Assembly: GCA_038750875.1 (NCBI GenBank)
Contig: JBCDGU010000014.1
Span: 7,776-71,775, forward strand
Length of the DNA stretch: 64,000 nt
Direction: 5' to 3'
Source of the DNA: Pseudomonadota bacterium
Lineage (GTDB): Bacteria; Pseudomonadota; Gammaproteobacteria; Pseudomonadales; Halieaceae
Shown here: piece by piece, positions 27,439-37,727 of the stretch
How the letters are laid out: each line of letters opens with the position of its first letter
How positions within the stretch are numbered: the first letter of the stretch is position 1
Position numbers and translations under genes: made by a program
Notes under the pieces: model-generated
The model's database searches: none
Seen by the model: only the letters and a program-made list of their open reading frames with translations
What the model was told of the DNA's origin: nothing

Positions 27439-29121
27439 TCAGGCCGCTTGTTTGCCTCCACCGCTCCCGCGGCCAGACTCAAGCATTTCGCGAGCGTGTG
27501 TGCGCGTGCTTTCCGTGATGGTGACGCCGCCCAGCATCCTGGACAGCTCCTCCACACGGTCGGCCTCAGCGAGGTCCGCTATGGATGAGGCGAGCTGTTT
27601 GCCGCGACCGGTTTTGGTCACCATTAAGTGCTGCGCTCCCTGCGCGGCAACCTGCGGGAGGTGGGTCACGCAAAGCACCTGAGCCTCGCCTGCCATGTCA
27701 GCCAGAAGCCTGCCAACAACCTCTGCGACTGCGCCCCCGATGCCCACGTCGACCTCGTCGAAGATCATGCTGGGCACCGTCGCCCGTCCAGCCGTGGCGA
27801 CCTGGATCGCCAGGCTGATGCGTGACAGCTCACCGCCTGATGCAATCTTCGCCAAGCTCTGAGGCTCGGCACCGGGGTTTGTGGCGATGCGCAGCTCGAT
27901 CTCTTCCTCGCCGAGCGGGTGAGGACTCCCGTCGCTTCGCGCCTCCAGGGCCACTCGAAACTCGCAGTTGCCCATGCTGAGCTTTTTAAGAAGTTTGGCC
28001 ACGGCTTTTTCGAGGCGAGTGGCTGCTTTTTGGCGCGCCGCCGTCAGTGATGCTGACGACGACTGATAGCTTTCCATTGCCCTCTGCAGATCTGCCTCCA
28101 GTGCCTCGATACGTTCATCGGAGCTATCGAGGGCCGCGAATTCGTCCGCCAGCGCCTTGTGGTGCGCCTGCAACGCCTCCGGCATCACCCGGTGCTTGCG
28201 CGCCAGGGCATAGATGCTCTCCAATCGGCCACGGACCTCTTCGAGGCGAGCTGGGTTGCTCTCGCGTGCTGCCAGATAGTGGCTCAGTTCGCTGCGAGCC
28301 TCTTCCAGCTGAATGGCCGCAGAATCGAGCATCTCGCGCACATTATCGATCGCTTTGCCTTCATGAAGCTCGGGATCGAGGCTCTGAAGCGCCTGGTGCA
28401 CGCCCGATTCCTGTGCTTCGCAGAGCTCTATGGCGTTGGAGGCCTGCCGCTGAATCGTGTCTGCATTTTCCAGTTGTCGCTGTTCGGCTTCCAGCGTTGC
28501 CAGCTCGCCGTCGGTCAGCGCGAGCTCATCCAGCTCTCCCACCTGATAGCGCAGAAGCTGCTCGCGGTCCGCTGACTCACGATGGGAAGCGCGGAGGGAC
28601 TGAAGCTGTTCATCGATCTCGCGCCACGATCGGGCGGCCCCTTGGGTCGCTTCGGCATCTTTCGCTGCGCCAGCAAAGGTATCCAGCAGGCTGCGCTGAT
28701 GCTCTCTTCTCAACAGAGACTGATGAGCGTGTTGACTGTGGATGTCCACCAGGTGCTGCCCGAGGGCTGCGCAATCCTGCAGGGTGGCGGGAGTGCCGTT
28801 GATATAGGCTCGCGAGCGTCCTTCTCGCGTCAGCACTCGGCGCAGCAGGCACTCATCGTCGGCGTCCAGATCTCGCTCGATCAGCCAACGGCGCGCGGCT
28901 TTGTTGCCGCTGACGTCAAACTGGGCACAGATTTCTGCCCGATCATAGCCCGGTCGAATTGCCGTTGGATCGGCTCGGTCGCCAAGGCACAGCGCCAGGG
29001 CGTCCAGGGTTATGGACTTTCCTGCGCCCGTTTCGCCCGTGATCACCGTCAGGCCCGAGGAAAAATCGACCTCTAGCTTATCGACGACGGTGAATTGTTG
29101 GATTCGAATGTGGGTGAGCAT
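27439..29121 (-). CDS. recN: DNA repair protein RecN
   Basis: I trimmed the start to ATG 29121 (MLTHIRIQQFTVVDKLEVDF...GETGAGKS Walker A). It also has coiled-coil regions and a C-terminal SMC signature. Confidence 0.95.
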   Translation of the reverse strand: MLTHIRIQQFTVVDKLEVDFSSGLTVITGETGAGKSITLDALALCLGDRADPTAIRPGYDRAEICAQFDVSGNKAARRWLIERDLDADDECLLRRVLTREGRSRAYINGTPATLQDCAALGQHLVDIHSQHAHQSLLRREHQRSLLDTFAGAAKDAEATQGAARSWREIDEQLQSLRASHRESADREQLLRYQVGELDELALTDGELATLEAEQRQLENADTIQRQASNAIELCEAQESGVHQALQSLDPELHEGKAIDNVREMLDSAAIQLEEARSELSHYLAARESNPARLEEVRGRLESIYALARKHRVMPEALQAHHKALADEFAALDSSDERIEALEADLQRAMESYQSSSASLTAARQKAATRLEKAVAKLLKKLSMGNCEFRVALEARSDGSPHPLGEEEIELRIATNPGAEPQSLAKIASGGELSRISLAIQVATAGRATVPSMIFDEVDVGIGGAVAEVVGRLLADMAGEAQVLCVTHLPQVAAQGAQHLMVTKTGRGKQLASSIADLAEADRVEELSRMLGGVTITESTRTHAREMLESGRGSGGGKQAA

Positions 29122-29264
29122 GGCGCGCTGCCTATTTCGACATCGAATGTATAACGTAAACACCCCTGCGGTTAAACAGCAGAAACATCTGCGTGCCGTC
29201 TGAGGCGTCAGGTCCAACGGCTTTGTTGCCTAGCGTGTCTATGCTACAACTCGAGTCAGTTTCC

Positions 29265-30323
29265 ATGGCGAAGGATATCGACGACCCCTTGAGCGACTAT
29301 CTGTCAGACCGCGCAGGCACGTTATTGCGAACACTGGTCTCGATGCATATTCGAGACGGTCAGCCGGTGGGGTCCCAAACGCTCCGCGAGGAAGCGGGTC
29401 TTCCGGTGAGCCCCGCGACCATCCGCAATGCCATGTCTGATCTTGAGGACCGTGGCTATCTGCAGTCGCCGCACACTTCCGCAGGCCGTATCCCGACCGC
29501 TCAGGGCTATCGTTTTTTCGTCGACAGTCTGCTGCAGATTCAGGAGGGTCTCGATCAACAGGCGCTGGAGGTTTTGCGAGGTGAGCTGAATCCTGATCGA
29601 AACGCCAAAGAACTGGTGCAAACGGCATCGACCTTTTTGTCCTCTATCACCAGCCAGGCGGGTGTTGTCACCGTGCCTCGTGCGGGTCAGCAGCCTTTGA
29701 GGCAGGTTGAGTTTCTTCCCCTTTCCGGTAACCGGGTGCTGGTGATCCTGGTGATCAATCAGCGCGAGGTTCAGAACCGCATCATTCACACGCGGCGCGT
29801 TTTCTCTGAAGAAGAACTGCGTAACGCCGCGGCTTTGGTAAACCAGCGCTTTGGCGGGCGAGAGCTATCAGAAGCCCAGTCGGAGCTTGCTTTAGAGATG
29901 GAGGCGGCGCGTAGCTCCATTGATGAATACCTGACTGCGACCCTCGATCTCGCTCAGCAGGCGCTGGAAGATGAGCATGAGCCTCAGGACTACCTCATTG
30001 TCGGCGAATCGAAATTGGTCGAGGGTGCTAATGCCGAGGAACTGGACCGACTTCGTGAGCTGTTCGCCGCCCTTCAGGAGAAGCGTGATCTCTTACACCT
30101 GCTCGACCAGTGTTCATCGGCGCAGGGGGTCAAGATTTTTATCGGCGAAGAAGCCGGCTCCAGAGTTTTTGGCGACTACTCCCTCATTACCGCCCCCTAC
30201 GGTGATGGAGCACGCAACCTCGGCGTACTCGGCGTCATCGGCCCCACACGGATGGCCTATGACCGCGTAATACCCATCGTCGATGTCACTTCGCGCATGC
30301 TCAGTGCCGCTTTGAAGAGCTGA
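29265..30323 (+). CDS. hrcA: Heat-inducible transcription repressor HrcA
   Basis: LSDRAGTLLRTLVSMHIRDGQPVGSQTL... is typical of HrcA. The start is uncertain (ATG at 29193, 29241 or 29265) and none has a clear SD sequence. Confidence 0.85.
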   Translation: MAKDIDDPLSDYLSDRAGTLLRTLVSMHIRDGQPVGSQTLREEAGLPVSPATIRNAMSDLEDRGYLQSPHTSAGRIPTAQGYRFFVDSLLQIQEGLDQQALEVLRGELNPDRNAKELVQTASTFLSSITSQAGVVTVPRAGQQPLRQVEFLPLSGNRVLVILVINQREVQNRIIHTRRVFSEEELRNAAALVNQRFGGRELSEAQSELALEMEAARSSIDEYLTATLDLAQQALEDEHEPQDYLIVGESKLVEGANAEELDRLRELFAALQEKRDLLHLLDQCSSAQGVKIFIGEEAGSRVFGDYSLITAPYGDGARNLGVLGVIGPTRMAYDRVIPIVDVTSRMLSAALKS

Positions 30324-30378
30324 TACCTGCCCGTAACGCCCAAATTAGGCCGTCGGCGCCCCAATACGGCTCCCCCGA

Positions 30379-30409
30379 CCCTTGAAAACCTTCGAATCAC
30401 CCCCATGTG
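30379..30409 (+). promoter_or_regulatory. Sigma32 (RpoH)-type promoter upstream of grpE
   Basis: CCCTTGAA, a 14-nt spacer, then CCCCATGTG. This is a very close match to the heat-shock promoter consensus. Confidence 0.75.
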
Positions 30410-30484
30410 AGCGCTGGAGCAGCGGATTGTCATTTAGGTGGCTGCCGCTGAATGAACTGAAGTTGCCAGCAACAGGAGATTGGG

Positions 30485-31081
30485 GTGTCGGAAGAACATC
30501 AGAAGCCCGAAGACGAAACCATCGACGCATCGAGTGAGGCGCCCGAGGCCGAAGACGTCGCTGAGGCGGCCGAAAGCGCGGATGCCATGGACGGGGCCGC
30601 TGAAAGTGAGGCCCCGGAGCGCAGTGTCGAGGAGCTTCTGGAAGAGGTCGAGAAGAATCGCGATCAGGTCCTTCGCGCCCAGGCAGAGGTCCAGAACGCT
30701 AAGCGTCGTGCCGAGCAGGATGTCGAGAAAGCGCGCAAGTTTGCGCTGGAGCGTTTCTGTGGAGAGCTTCTGCCCGTGGCCGACAATCTTGAACGGGCGC
30801 TGGAAGCGGCCAATCGCGACGACGAGGCGGTAAAACCCATCGCAGAGGGTGTCGATCTGACCCTGAAGACCCTGCTGGATGCGCTGGAGAAGTTTCAGAT
30901 TGAGCAGGTAGACCCCGCGGGCGAGCCCTTTGATCCTCAGCTTCATCAGGCCATGAGCATGGTGGAAAATCCCGACGCAGAGCCCAACACAGTGCTCTCG
31001 GTCATGCAGAAGGGCTACACGCTGAATGGCCGCCTGGTGCGTCCGGCGATGGTGATCGTTAGCAAGGCCCCCACATCCTGA
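30485..31081 (+). CDS. grpE: Nucleotide exchange factor GrpE
   Basis: 198 aa with a GTG start after AGGAG. It has the motifs [16 protein letters not shown] and [14 protein letters not shown]. Confidence 0.95.
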   Translation: MSEEHQKPEDETIDASSEAPEAEDVAEAAESADAMDGAAESEAPERSVEELLEEVEKNRDQVLRAQAEVQNAKRRAEQDVEKARKFALERFCGELLPVADNLERALEAANRDDEAVKPIAEGVDLTLKTLLDALEKFQIEQVDPAGEPFDPQLHQAMSMVENPDAEPNTVLSVMQKGYTLNGRLVRPAMVIVSKAPTS

Positions 31082-31134
31082 GAAAACGGCCGAAGAAACG
31101 GGCCAGTTCTGCGAACGCAGAATCACGCATAAAC

Positions 31135-31166
31135 CCTTGAAATTACGTCATTCGCACCCAGATAGT
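31135..31166 (+). promoter_or_regulatory. Sigma32-type promoter upstream of dnaK
   Basis: CCCTTGAA, a 15-nt spacer, then CCCAGATAG. Confidence 0.65.
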
Positions 31167-31237
31167 GGGTAACGAAGACTCAAACTGAACAGAGTGGCGC
31201 GGCCAAGACTGACGCTGCTGCAATTGGGAGAAACACA

Positions 31238-33190
31238 ATGGGCAAGATTATCGGTATCGACCTGGGGACGACGAACTCCTGCGTCTCCGTGCTGGATGGC
31301 GACGCGCCTCGCGTTATCGAGAACGCTGAGGGTGATCGCACCACGCCTTCCATCGTCGGCTACACAGATGACGGCGAAATCCTCGTTGGCCAGAGTGCCA
31401 AGCGCCAGGCCGTTACAAACCCCACCAACACGCTGTTTGCTGTGAAGCGCCTCATTGGTCGCAAGTTCACGGACGACGTGGTGCAGAAAGACATTTCCAT
31501 GGTTCCTTACAAAATCGTTGGCGCAGATAACGGCGACGCATGGGTAGAAGCCAAGGGCGAGAAAATGGCACCCCCGCAGGTGTCTGCAGAAGTACTGCGT
31601 AAAATGAAAAAGACGGCCGAGGAGTTCCTTGGTGAATCCGTCACGGAAGCGGTCATTACCGTTCCTGCGTACTTCAATGATTCCCAGCGTCAGGCGACGA
31701 AAGACGCCGGCAAAATTGCAGGTCTTGATGTTAAGCGCATCATCAACGAGCCAACGGCTGCGGCTCTCGCCTACGGCATGGATAAAGCAAAGGGTGATCA
31801 CACCATTGCGGTTTATGACCTCGGTGGCGGCACCTTCGACATCTCCATCATCGAGATCGCGGAAGTCGACGGCGAGCACCAGTTCGAAGTGCTCTCAACC
31901 AACGGTGACACGTTCCTGGGCGGTGAAGACTTTGACCTTCGCCTCATCGAATACCTTGCCGATGAGTTTAAGAAAGAGAGTGGCATCGATCTGCACAACG
32001 ACCCCCTGGCTCTGCAGCGTCTGAAGGAAGCTGCCGAGAAGGCCAAGATCGAGCTGTCTAGCTCGCAGCAAACGGAAGTGAATCTGCCCTACATTACCGC
32101 CGATGCGACCGGTCCAAAGCACCTTGTAGTGAAGCTGAGCCGCTCCAAGCTTGAATCCCTCGTTGAAGAACTCGTCACGCGCTCCCTGGAGCCCGTGAAG
32201 GTTGCCCTGAAGGACGCGGATCTGTCGCCGAGCGACATCGATGATGTCATTCTGGTGGGTGGCCAGACGCGCATGCCGCTGGTACAAGCCGCGGTTGCAG
32301 ATTACTTCGGTAAAGAGCCTCGCAAGGATGTGAATCCAGACGAAGCCGTCGCCATGGGCGCATCCATCCAGGGCGCGGTACTGGCCGGGGACGTGAAAGA
32401 TGTTCTCCTGCTTGACGTAACCCCGCTGACGCTGGGTATCGAGACCATGGGTGGTGTTGCAACGCCACTCATTGAGAAGAACACGACGATTCCAACCAAG
32501 AAGTCGCAAATCTTCTCAACGGCTGATGACAACCAGACCGCAGTGACTATTCACGTGGTTCAGGGTGAGCGGAAGCAGGCGGGGCAGAACAAGTCGCTGG
32601 GTCGATTCGATCTCGCAGACATTCCGCCTGCACCCCGCGGTATGCCCCAGATCGAAGTCACCTTCGACCTGGATGCGAACGGCATCCTGCACGTCGGCGC
32701 GAAAGACAAGGCGACGGGCAAAGAGCAGTCGATCCGCATCACCGCCTCCGGTGGTCTGTCGGATGACGAGATCGAGTCCATGGTGGCTGATGCCGAGGCA
32801 AACGCTGAGGCGGATGCGAAGTTTGAGGAACTCATCACGGCGCGCAACACCTGCGAAGGCCTGATTCACGCGGCCAAGAAGACCGTTGAAGAAGCCGGCG
32901 AGCACGCGAGCGACGACGAGAAGGCAGCCATTGAAGCCGCCGTCGCCGAAGCTGAAGAAGCTGTGAAGGGCGACGACAAAGACGCCATCGATGCAGCTGC
33001 TAACAAGCTCACGGAAGCCACGGGTCCTGTCGCGCAGAAGATGTACCAGGCGCAGGCCGAAGCCGGTCAGGCAGGCGCTGGCCCCGACATGGGCGGCCCC
33101 GACATGGGCGCCGAAGCGGCGGCGGAAGCTGATCCCGCAGACGACGTGGTCGACGCCGAGTTTGAGGAAGTCAGCGACGACAAGAAGTAA
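31238..33190 (+). CDS. dnaK: Chaperone DnaK (Hsp70)
   Basis: 650 aa: [16 protein letters not shown]... Confidence 0.98.
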   Translation: MGKIIGIDLGTTNSCVSVLDGDAPRVIENAEGDRTTPSIVGYTDDGEILVGQSAKRQAVTNPTNTLFAVKRLIGRKFTDDVVQKDISMVPYKIVGADNGDAWVEAKGEKMAPPQVSAEVLRKMKKTAEEFLGESVTEAVITVPAYFNDSQRQATKDAGKIAGLDVKRIINEPTAAALAYGMDKAKGDHTIAVYDLGGGTFDISIIEIAEVDGEHQFEVLSTNGDTFLGGEDFDLRLIEYLADEFKKESGIDLHNDPLALQRLKEAAEKAKIELSSSQQTEVNLPYITADATGPKHLVVKLSRSKLESLVEELVTRSLEPVKVALKDADLSPSDIDDVILVGGQTRMPLVQAAVADYFGKEPRKDVNPDEAVAMGASIQGAVLAGDVKDVLLLDVTPLTLGIETMGGVATPLIEKNTTIPTKKSQIFSTADDNQTAVTIHVVQGERKQAGQNKSLGRFDLADIPPAPRGMPQIEVTFDLDANGILHVGAKDKATGKEQSIRITASGGLSDDEIESMVADAEANAEADAKFEELITARNTCEGLIHAAKKTVEEAGEHASDDEKAAIEAAVAEAEEAVKGDDKDAIDAAANKLTEATGPVAQKMYQAQAEAGQAGAGPDMGGPDMGAEAAAEADPADDVVDAEFEEVSDDKK

Positions 33191-33204
33191 ACTCCCGCAG
33201 TTCT

Positions 33205-33222
33205 GAGCGCCCCTGGGCGCTC
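33205..33222 (+). terminator. Hairpin between dnaK and dnaJ (possible partial terminator or attenuator)
   Basis: GAGCGCCC-CT-GGGCGCTC with no clear T-tract. Confidence 0.3.
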
Positions 33223-33338
33223 ACCTTCTGCCGGTGCAGATGACGCGGGACCTGTGTGCCCGCGTTGCTGTTTCTGAAACTGGATGCCCGTGTGGGCGAC
33301 TTGATGAAATTTTGAGAGCGGTTTAACCGCTGGGTGCT

Positions 33339-34463
33339 ATGGCAAAACGCGACTACTACGACGTCCTTGGGGTTGGCAAAACTGCCGACGAAAAGGAGAT
33401 CAAAAAGGCTTATCGCCGGGTCGCGATGAAGTATCACCCGGACCGCAATCCTGACGATCCCAACGCTGACGAGAAGTTCAAGGAAGCCTCGGAAGCCTAC
33501 GAAGTCCTGAGCGACGGCGAAAAACGCGCAGCCTACGATCAGTTCGGTCACGCGGGCGTCGAAGGCCAGATGGGCGGCGGTGGATTCGGCGGTGGCAGTT
33601 TCTCCGACATCTTTGGCGACGTGTTTGGCGATATCTTTGGCGGAGGCGGTCGCGGACGTGGCGGTGCCCAGCGCGGCTCCGATCTAAGGTACACGCTGGA
33701 TATCTCTCTGGAAGATGCGGTGCGCGGGACGACGGTGGAAATCCGAGTACCCACGCTGGCCGCCTGCACAACGTGCGATGGTAATGGCGCACGTAAGGGC
33801 AGCAAACGGACGACCTGTGGCACCTGTGGAGGCGCCGGTCAGGTCCGCATGCAGCAGGGATTCTTTCAGGTGCAGCAAACATGCCCCACCTGTCGCGGCA
33901 AGGGATATGCGATTTCTGACCCCTGTCCGTCCTGCCATGGCGAAGGACGCGTCGAGAAAACCAAGAAGCTTTCTGTGAAAGTTCCTCCGGGCGTTGATAC
34001 CGGGGATCGCATTCGCCTGGGTGGCGAGGGTGAAGCGGGCGCCGAAGGCGGCCCACCCGGAGACCTGTTCGTTCAGATGTCGGTAAAACAGCACCCAATC
34101 TTTGAGCGCGATGGGAAGCATCTGTATTGCGAAGTGCCGATCACCTTTGCCGACGCTGCCCTTGGCGGTGAGCTTGAAGTGCCAACCCTCGACGGACGCG
34201 TGAAGCTAAAAATCCCGCCGGAAACGCAGACGGGCAAACTGTTCCGCCTGCGTGGCAAGGGTGTCCAACCCGTTCGAGGTGGTGGCGTTGGCGATCTGCT
34301 GTGTCGGGCGGTTGTGGAAACGCCCGTAAACCTCGATAAGCACCAGAAGGAAATGCTGCGAGAGCTCCAGGAAAGCCTGGGGCAGGGAGGGCGGTCCCAC
34401 AGTCCGCGTCAGTCAAGCTGGTTCGAGGGCGTGCGCAGCTTTTTTGATGATATGAAGCCATGA
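33339..34463 (+). CDS. dnaJ: Co-chaperone DnaJ
   Basis: It has a J domain (HPD), a G/F region and four CxxCxGxG zinc motifs. Confidence 0.98.
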   Translation: MAKRDYYDVLGVGKTADEKEIKKAYRRVAMKYHPDRNPDDPNADEKFKEASEAYEVLSDGEKRAAYDQFGHAGVEGQMGGGGFGGGSFSDIFGDVFGDIFGGGGRGRGGAQRGSDLRYTLDISLEDAVRGTTVEIRVPTLAACTTCDGNGARKGSKRTTCGTCGGAGQVRMQQGFFQVQQTCPTCRGKGYAISDPCPSCHGEGRVEKTKKLSVKVPPGVDTGDRIRLGGEGEAGAEGGPPGDLFVQMSVKQHPIFERDGKHLYCEVPITFADAALGGELEVPTLDGRVKLKIPPETQTGKLFRLRGKGVQPVRGGGVGDLLCRAVVETPVNLDKHQKEMLRELQESLGQGGRSHSPRQSSWFEGVRSFFDDMKP

Positions 34464-35248
34464 GCCAGCGCATAGCCATTGCCGGAGCCAACGGCCGTAT
34501 GGGCCGTATGCTCATTGATGCCGTCGGCGATCTTCCCGGAATGGATGTTACGGCGCTGACGCTGGCGCCCTCTGAAACCGTTCCGTCGCCAGCGCCCGCC
34601 GATCAAAGCCTCTACACGCATGATGTGAACGAGGCCTTGTCGCGGGCCGACGTGCTCATCGATTTTACCGTGCCAGCGACGATTGCTGATCATGCGGCGG
34701 CCTGCGAGGCCAATGGCGCCGCGTGGGTGCTGGGTACGACAGGGCTCGAGGATGCGGATCAGGCCGTTGTCGAGCGCGCCGCGAGTAACGTGGCTGTCTG
34801 TCAGGCCGCAAACTTCAGCACAGGCGTGAATCTGCTGTTGAAGCTTGTGGAGCTCGCGACCCTCGCCGTTGATGAAGACACGGATCTCGAAGTCGTAGAA
34901 GCCCATCACAGACATAAGGTGGATGCTCCTTCCGGAACCGCCTTGGCGATCGGCAAGGCAATGGCAGGGGCGCGCGGCGTGACACTGGATGAGAAGGGCG
35001 TCTTCAGTCGCGAAGGAATTACAGGAGCGCGGGAGCGGGGTTCTATTGGCTTTGCAACGATTCGCGCCGGTGACATTGTGGGCGATCACACGGCGCTTTT
35101 TGCCAGTGACGGCGAGAGCATCGAGATTACCCATCGCGCCGGCACCCGTCTCGCGTTTGCCCGGGGCGCCTGTCGCGCTGCTCAGTGGTTGCACGGCCGC
35201 AGTGCCGGCCTCTATCACATGCGCGACGTGCTGGGCCTGAACGACTGA
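34460..35248 (+). CDS. dapB: 4-hydroxy-tetrahydrodipicolinate reductase
   Basis: [15 protein letters not shown]... and [16 protein letters not shown]. The start overlaps the dnaJ stop (ATGA). Confidence 0.95.
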   Translation: MSQRIAIAGANGRMGRMLIDAVGDLPGMDVTALTLAPSETVPSPAPADQSLYTHDVNEALSRADVLIDFTVPATIADHAAACEANGAAWVLGTTGLEDADQAVVERAASNVAVCQAANFSTGVNLLLKLVELATLAVDEDTDLEVVEAHHRHKVDAPSGTALAIGKAMAGARGVTLDEKGVFSREGITGARERGSIGFATIRAGDIVGDHTALFASDGESIEITHRAGTRLAFARGACRAAQWLHGRSAGLYHMRDVLGLND

Positions 35249-35334
35249 ATAAGAATTCGCCGCATATGCAGGCGATATGAACGACGACTTTAACCGGAAC
35301 TCCCGAAGACGCCGGTTTGCAAAAGGATTGAGCT

Positions 35335-36204
35335 ATGCTGGATGCCGCTGTCCCCGAAACCATTGTTCACATTGATGAGAGCAATGCGGCGCGCTATCTC
35401 ATCGAAGAGTCCATGCAGCGTCCCGTACTGGTGGACTTCTGGGCCGACTGGTGCGGCCCTTGCAAGACGCTCTCTCCGGTTCTGGAAAAGCTCGCACAGG
35501 AGTATGCCGGCGCCTTTCTGCTGGCCATGGTGAACGCTGACGAGCAGCAGATGATCTCCCAACAGTTCGGGGTTCGCAGTCTTCCCACGGTGATGCTGAT
35601 GAAAGATGGTCAGCCCGTTGACGGCTTTGCCGGCGCCCAGCCAGAGACAGCAATCCGCGAGCTCCTCGAGAAGTATCTGCCGTCGCCCTACGAAGCGGCC
35701 CTATCGGAGGCGCAGGAAAAGTTAGCGGCGGGCGACGCGGCTGGGGCAGTGGCCCTCCTGCGTACTGCTTATGAGGAGAGTGGGAACCGTCTGGACATTG
35801 GCATGATGCTCTGTCATGCGCTGATTGAGGCGCGACGCCTGGACGAGGCGCAGACGATTCTGGATGCGGTGCCCATGGTCGATCAGGACGCGCTTTACGA
35901 GCAGATGAAGGCGCAGCTGGATCTTGCGCGGGAAGCGGCGCGATCCCCGGAGCTCGTCGCGCTGGAAGCCCAGCTAGAAGCCGACCCTCAAAATCTCGAT
36001 CTTCTTGAGCAGATTGCCGTGCACTACAGCACCGCCGGGCAGTATCGAGAGGCGCTTGAGAGTCTCATCACCGTGTTGCGGGCTGATGTCAATCACAAGG
36101 ATGGGGCCACCAAGAAGGCGCTTCTGGACACCATAGCCTCCCTAGGCAAGGGAGATCCGTTGGCCGCAGAGTATCAGCGCAAGCTCTTTAGTCTTCTCTA
36201 CTAG
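35335..36204 (+). CDS. Thioredoxin-domain + TPR co-chaperone (YbbN/CnoX-like)
   Basis: 289 aa with a WCGPCK active site and a TPR-like C-terminal half. Confidence 0.85.
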   Translation: MLDAAVPETIVHIDESNAARYLIEESMQRPVLVDFWADWCGPCKTLSPVLEKLAQEYAGAFLLAMVNADEQQMISQQFGVRSLPTVMLMKDGQPVDGFAGAQPETAIRELLEKYLPSPYEAALSEAQEKLAAGDAAGAVALLRTAYEESGNRLDIGMMLCHALIEARRLDEAQTILDAVPMVDQDALYEQMKAQLDLAREAARSPELVALEAQLEADPQNLDLLEQIAVHYSTAGQYREALESLITVLRADVNHKDGATKKALLDTIASLGKGDPLAAEYQRKLFSLLY

Positions 36205-36531
36205 CATTGCTAGCAATAGCCAGTGTTCGACCGGGAATCCCGTCGGCAACGGTATTGTTGCGGGAGCTTCTCGACGAAGAATCTCCCCCCAGTCGAGCAG
36301 GCTATTAGCCGCGCTGGCAGCCCGAGATAAGCGGCTCAAAAACGTCCCTTGACGTGGCCGCATTGGCCTACTTCACTCATGTTGACACTGCTTGCGGGTC
36401 GTCAAAAAGGGCGCTAGAGTACTGCCGCTAGGAAAAACATACTCAGAATTCAAAACCGTGCTCGCCTGCACCCGCAGGTTCCCGCATGTCACCCCAAACG
36501 GTCCCTAGGTCCCCACAGAGGAGTTTGTGCA

Positions 36532-37710
36532 GTGGATACCAGTTTCACCCCCGAAGAACTCGCTTTCCGCGATGAAGTTGGCGCCTTCTTTGATGAAAAC
36601 TTCACCGATGATCTCCGCGCCCGCATCAGGGACGACAGCCAGTACAAGCAAGCTATCGTCGAGTGGCAGAAGATCCTGAATGACAAGGGCTGGGTCGCGC
36701 CCAACTGGCCCGTCGAATACGGCGGCACCGGCTGGTCGCCGACGCAGATGTACATCTACGAGAGCGAGCGTTCCGCCCGCGGCATCCCCGGTACGGTGCC
36801 TTTTGGCCTTTCCATGGTTGCGCCGGTGATCTACACCTTCGGCAACGAAGAGCAGAAGGCGCGTTTCCTGCCCCGCATCCTCGACAGCGAGGACTGGTGG
36901 TGCCAGGGCTACTCTGAGCCCGGCTCCGGTTCTGATCTGGCCTCTCTGAAGACGAAGGCAGAGCTCGACGGCGATCATTATGTGGTCAACGGTGCGAAGA
37001 TCTGGACGTCCTATGCGCAGCACGCCGACTGGATTTTCTGCCTCGTGCGCACCAGCACCGAGGGTAAGAAGCAGCATGGCATCAGCTTCCTGCTCATCGA
37101 CATGCACTCCGAAGGCATCAAGGTGAACCCCATCGAAACCATCGATGCCCACCACAGCCTCAACGAAGTTGAGTTCAACAACGTGCGTGTACCCGTTGAA
37201 AATCTCATCGGCGAGCAAGATAAGGGTTGGACCTACGCGAAAGCGCTGCTGGCCCACGAGCGTACCGGTATTGCGGGCGTGCCAAACTCCAAGCGCGCCG
37301 TCGCCGAGGTGCGTCGCCTGGCGGCCCGCGAAGTAAATGGTGGAAAGGCCCTGCTGGAAGACCCCTTGTTCCAGAAGCGTCTCTCCGACATTGAAATCGA
37401 GCTGATGGCACTGGAATTCACCGATCTGCGCGTTCTCTCCCAGGTTGAGTCTGGCGGCGCCCCCGGCGCTGAGTCTTCGCTTTTGAAGATCAAGGGCACA
37501 GAAATCCAGCAGGCGGTTCAGACCCTTGCCATGATGCTTGCGGCTCACTACCAGGGCGTGCTCCCGACAGACCTCGACACCGACGTTATCGGCAATGACT
37601 TCGGCAGCGCGGCTCGCCAGACCTATATGTACGGTCGTGCGGCGACGGTTTACGGCGGATCTAACGAGATCCAGAAGAACATCATCGCCAAAGCCGTCCT
37701 CGGCCTGTAA
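36532..37710 (+). CDS. Acyl-CoA dehydrogenase family protein
   Basis: 392 aa with a GTG start after GAGGAG. It has ACAD motifs (WCQGYSEPGSGSDL, YGGSNEIQKNIIAK). Confidence 0.9.
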   Translation: MDTSFTPEELAFRDEVGAFFDENFTDDLRARIRDDSQYKQAIVEWQKILNDKGWVAPNWPVEYGGTGWSPTQMYIYESERSARGIPGTVPFGLSMVAPVIYTFGNEEQKARFLPRILDSEDWWCQGYSEPGSGSDLASLKTKAELDGDHYVVNGAKIWTSYAQHADWIFCLVRTSTEGKKQHGISFLLIDMHSEGIKVNPIETIDAHHSLNEVEFNNVRVPVENLIGEQDKGWTYAKALLAHERTGIAGVPNSKRAVAEVRRLAAREVNGGKALLEDPLFQKRLSDIEIELMALEFTDLRVLSQVESGGAPGAESSLLKIKGTEIQQAVQTLAMMLAAHYQGVLPTDLDTDVIGNDFGSAARQTYMYGRAATVYGGSNEIQKNIIAKAVLGL

Positions 37711-37727
37711 GCGGAAGGAGAATTACT

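Noticed and set aside
29128-29162. Possible LexA (SOS) boxes upstream of recN
   Set aside because: CTGC-N8-ACAT (29128-29143) matches only 6 of 8 core positions and sits over the RBS region. TGT-N9-ACA (about 29147-29161) has the wrong spacing for CTGT-N8-ACAG. Neither is convincing without a matrix scan.
29122-31237. CIRCE (HrcA operator) upstream of hrcA, grpE or dnaK
   Set aside because: I found no TTAGCACTC-N9-GAGTGCTAA-like inverted repeat by eye in any of the three upstream regions.
31148-37548. Long antisense ORFs (31148-31879, 31895-32509, 34409-35218, 36505-37548), plus similar ones elsewhere (9412-10185, 11367-12047, 39650-40474, 38244-38831)
   Set aside because: Each lies opposite a gene with an unambiguous family signature (dnaK, dapB, ACAD, aminoacylase and others). 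Their Arg/Gly/His-rich, low-complexity translations are characteristic of antisense frames in high-GC genes.
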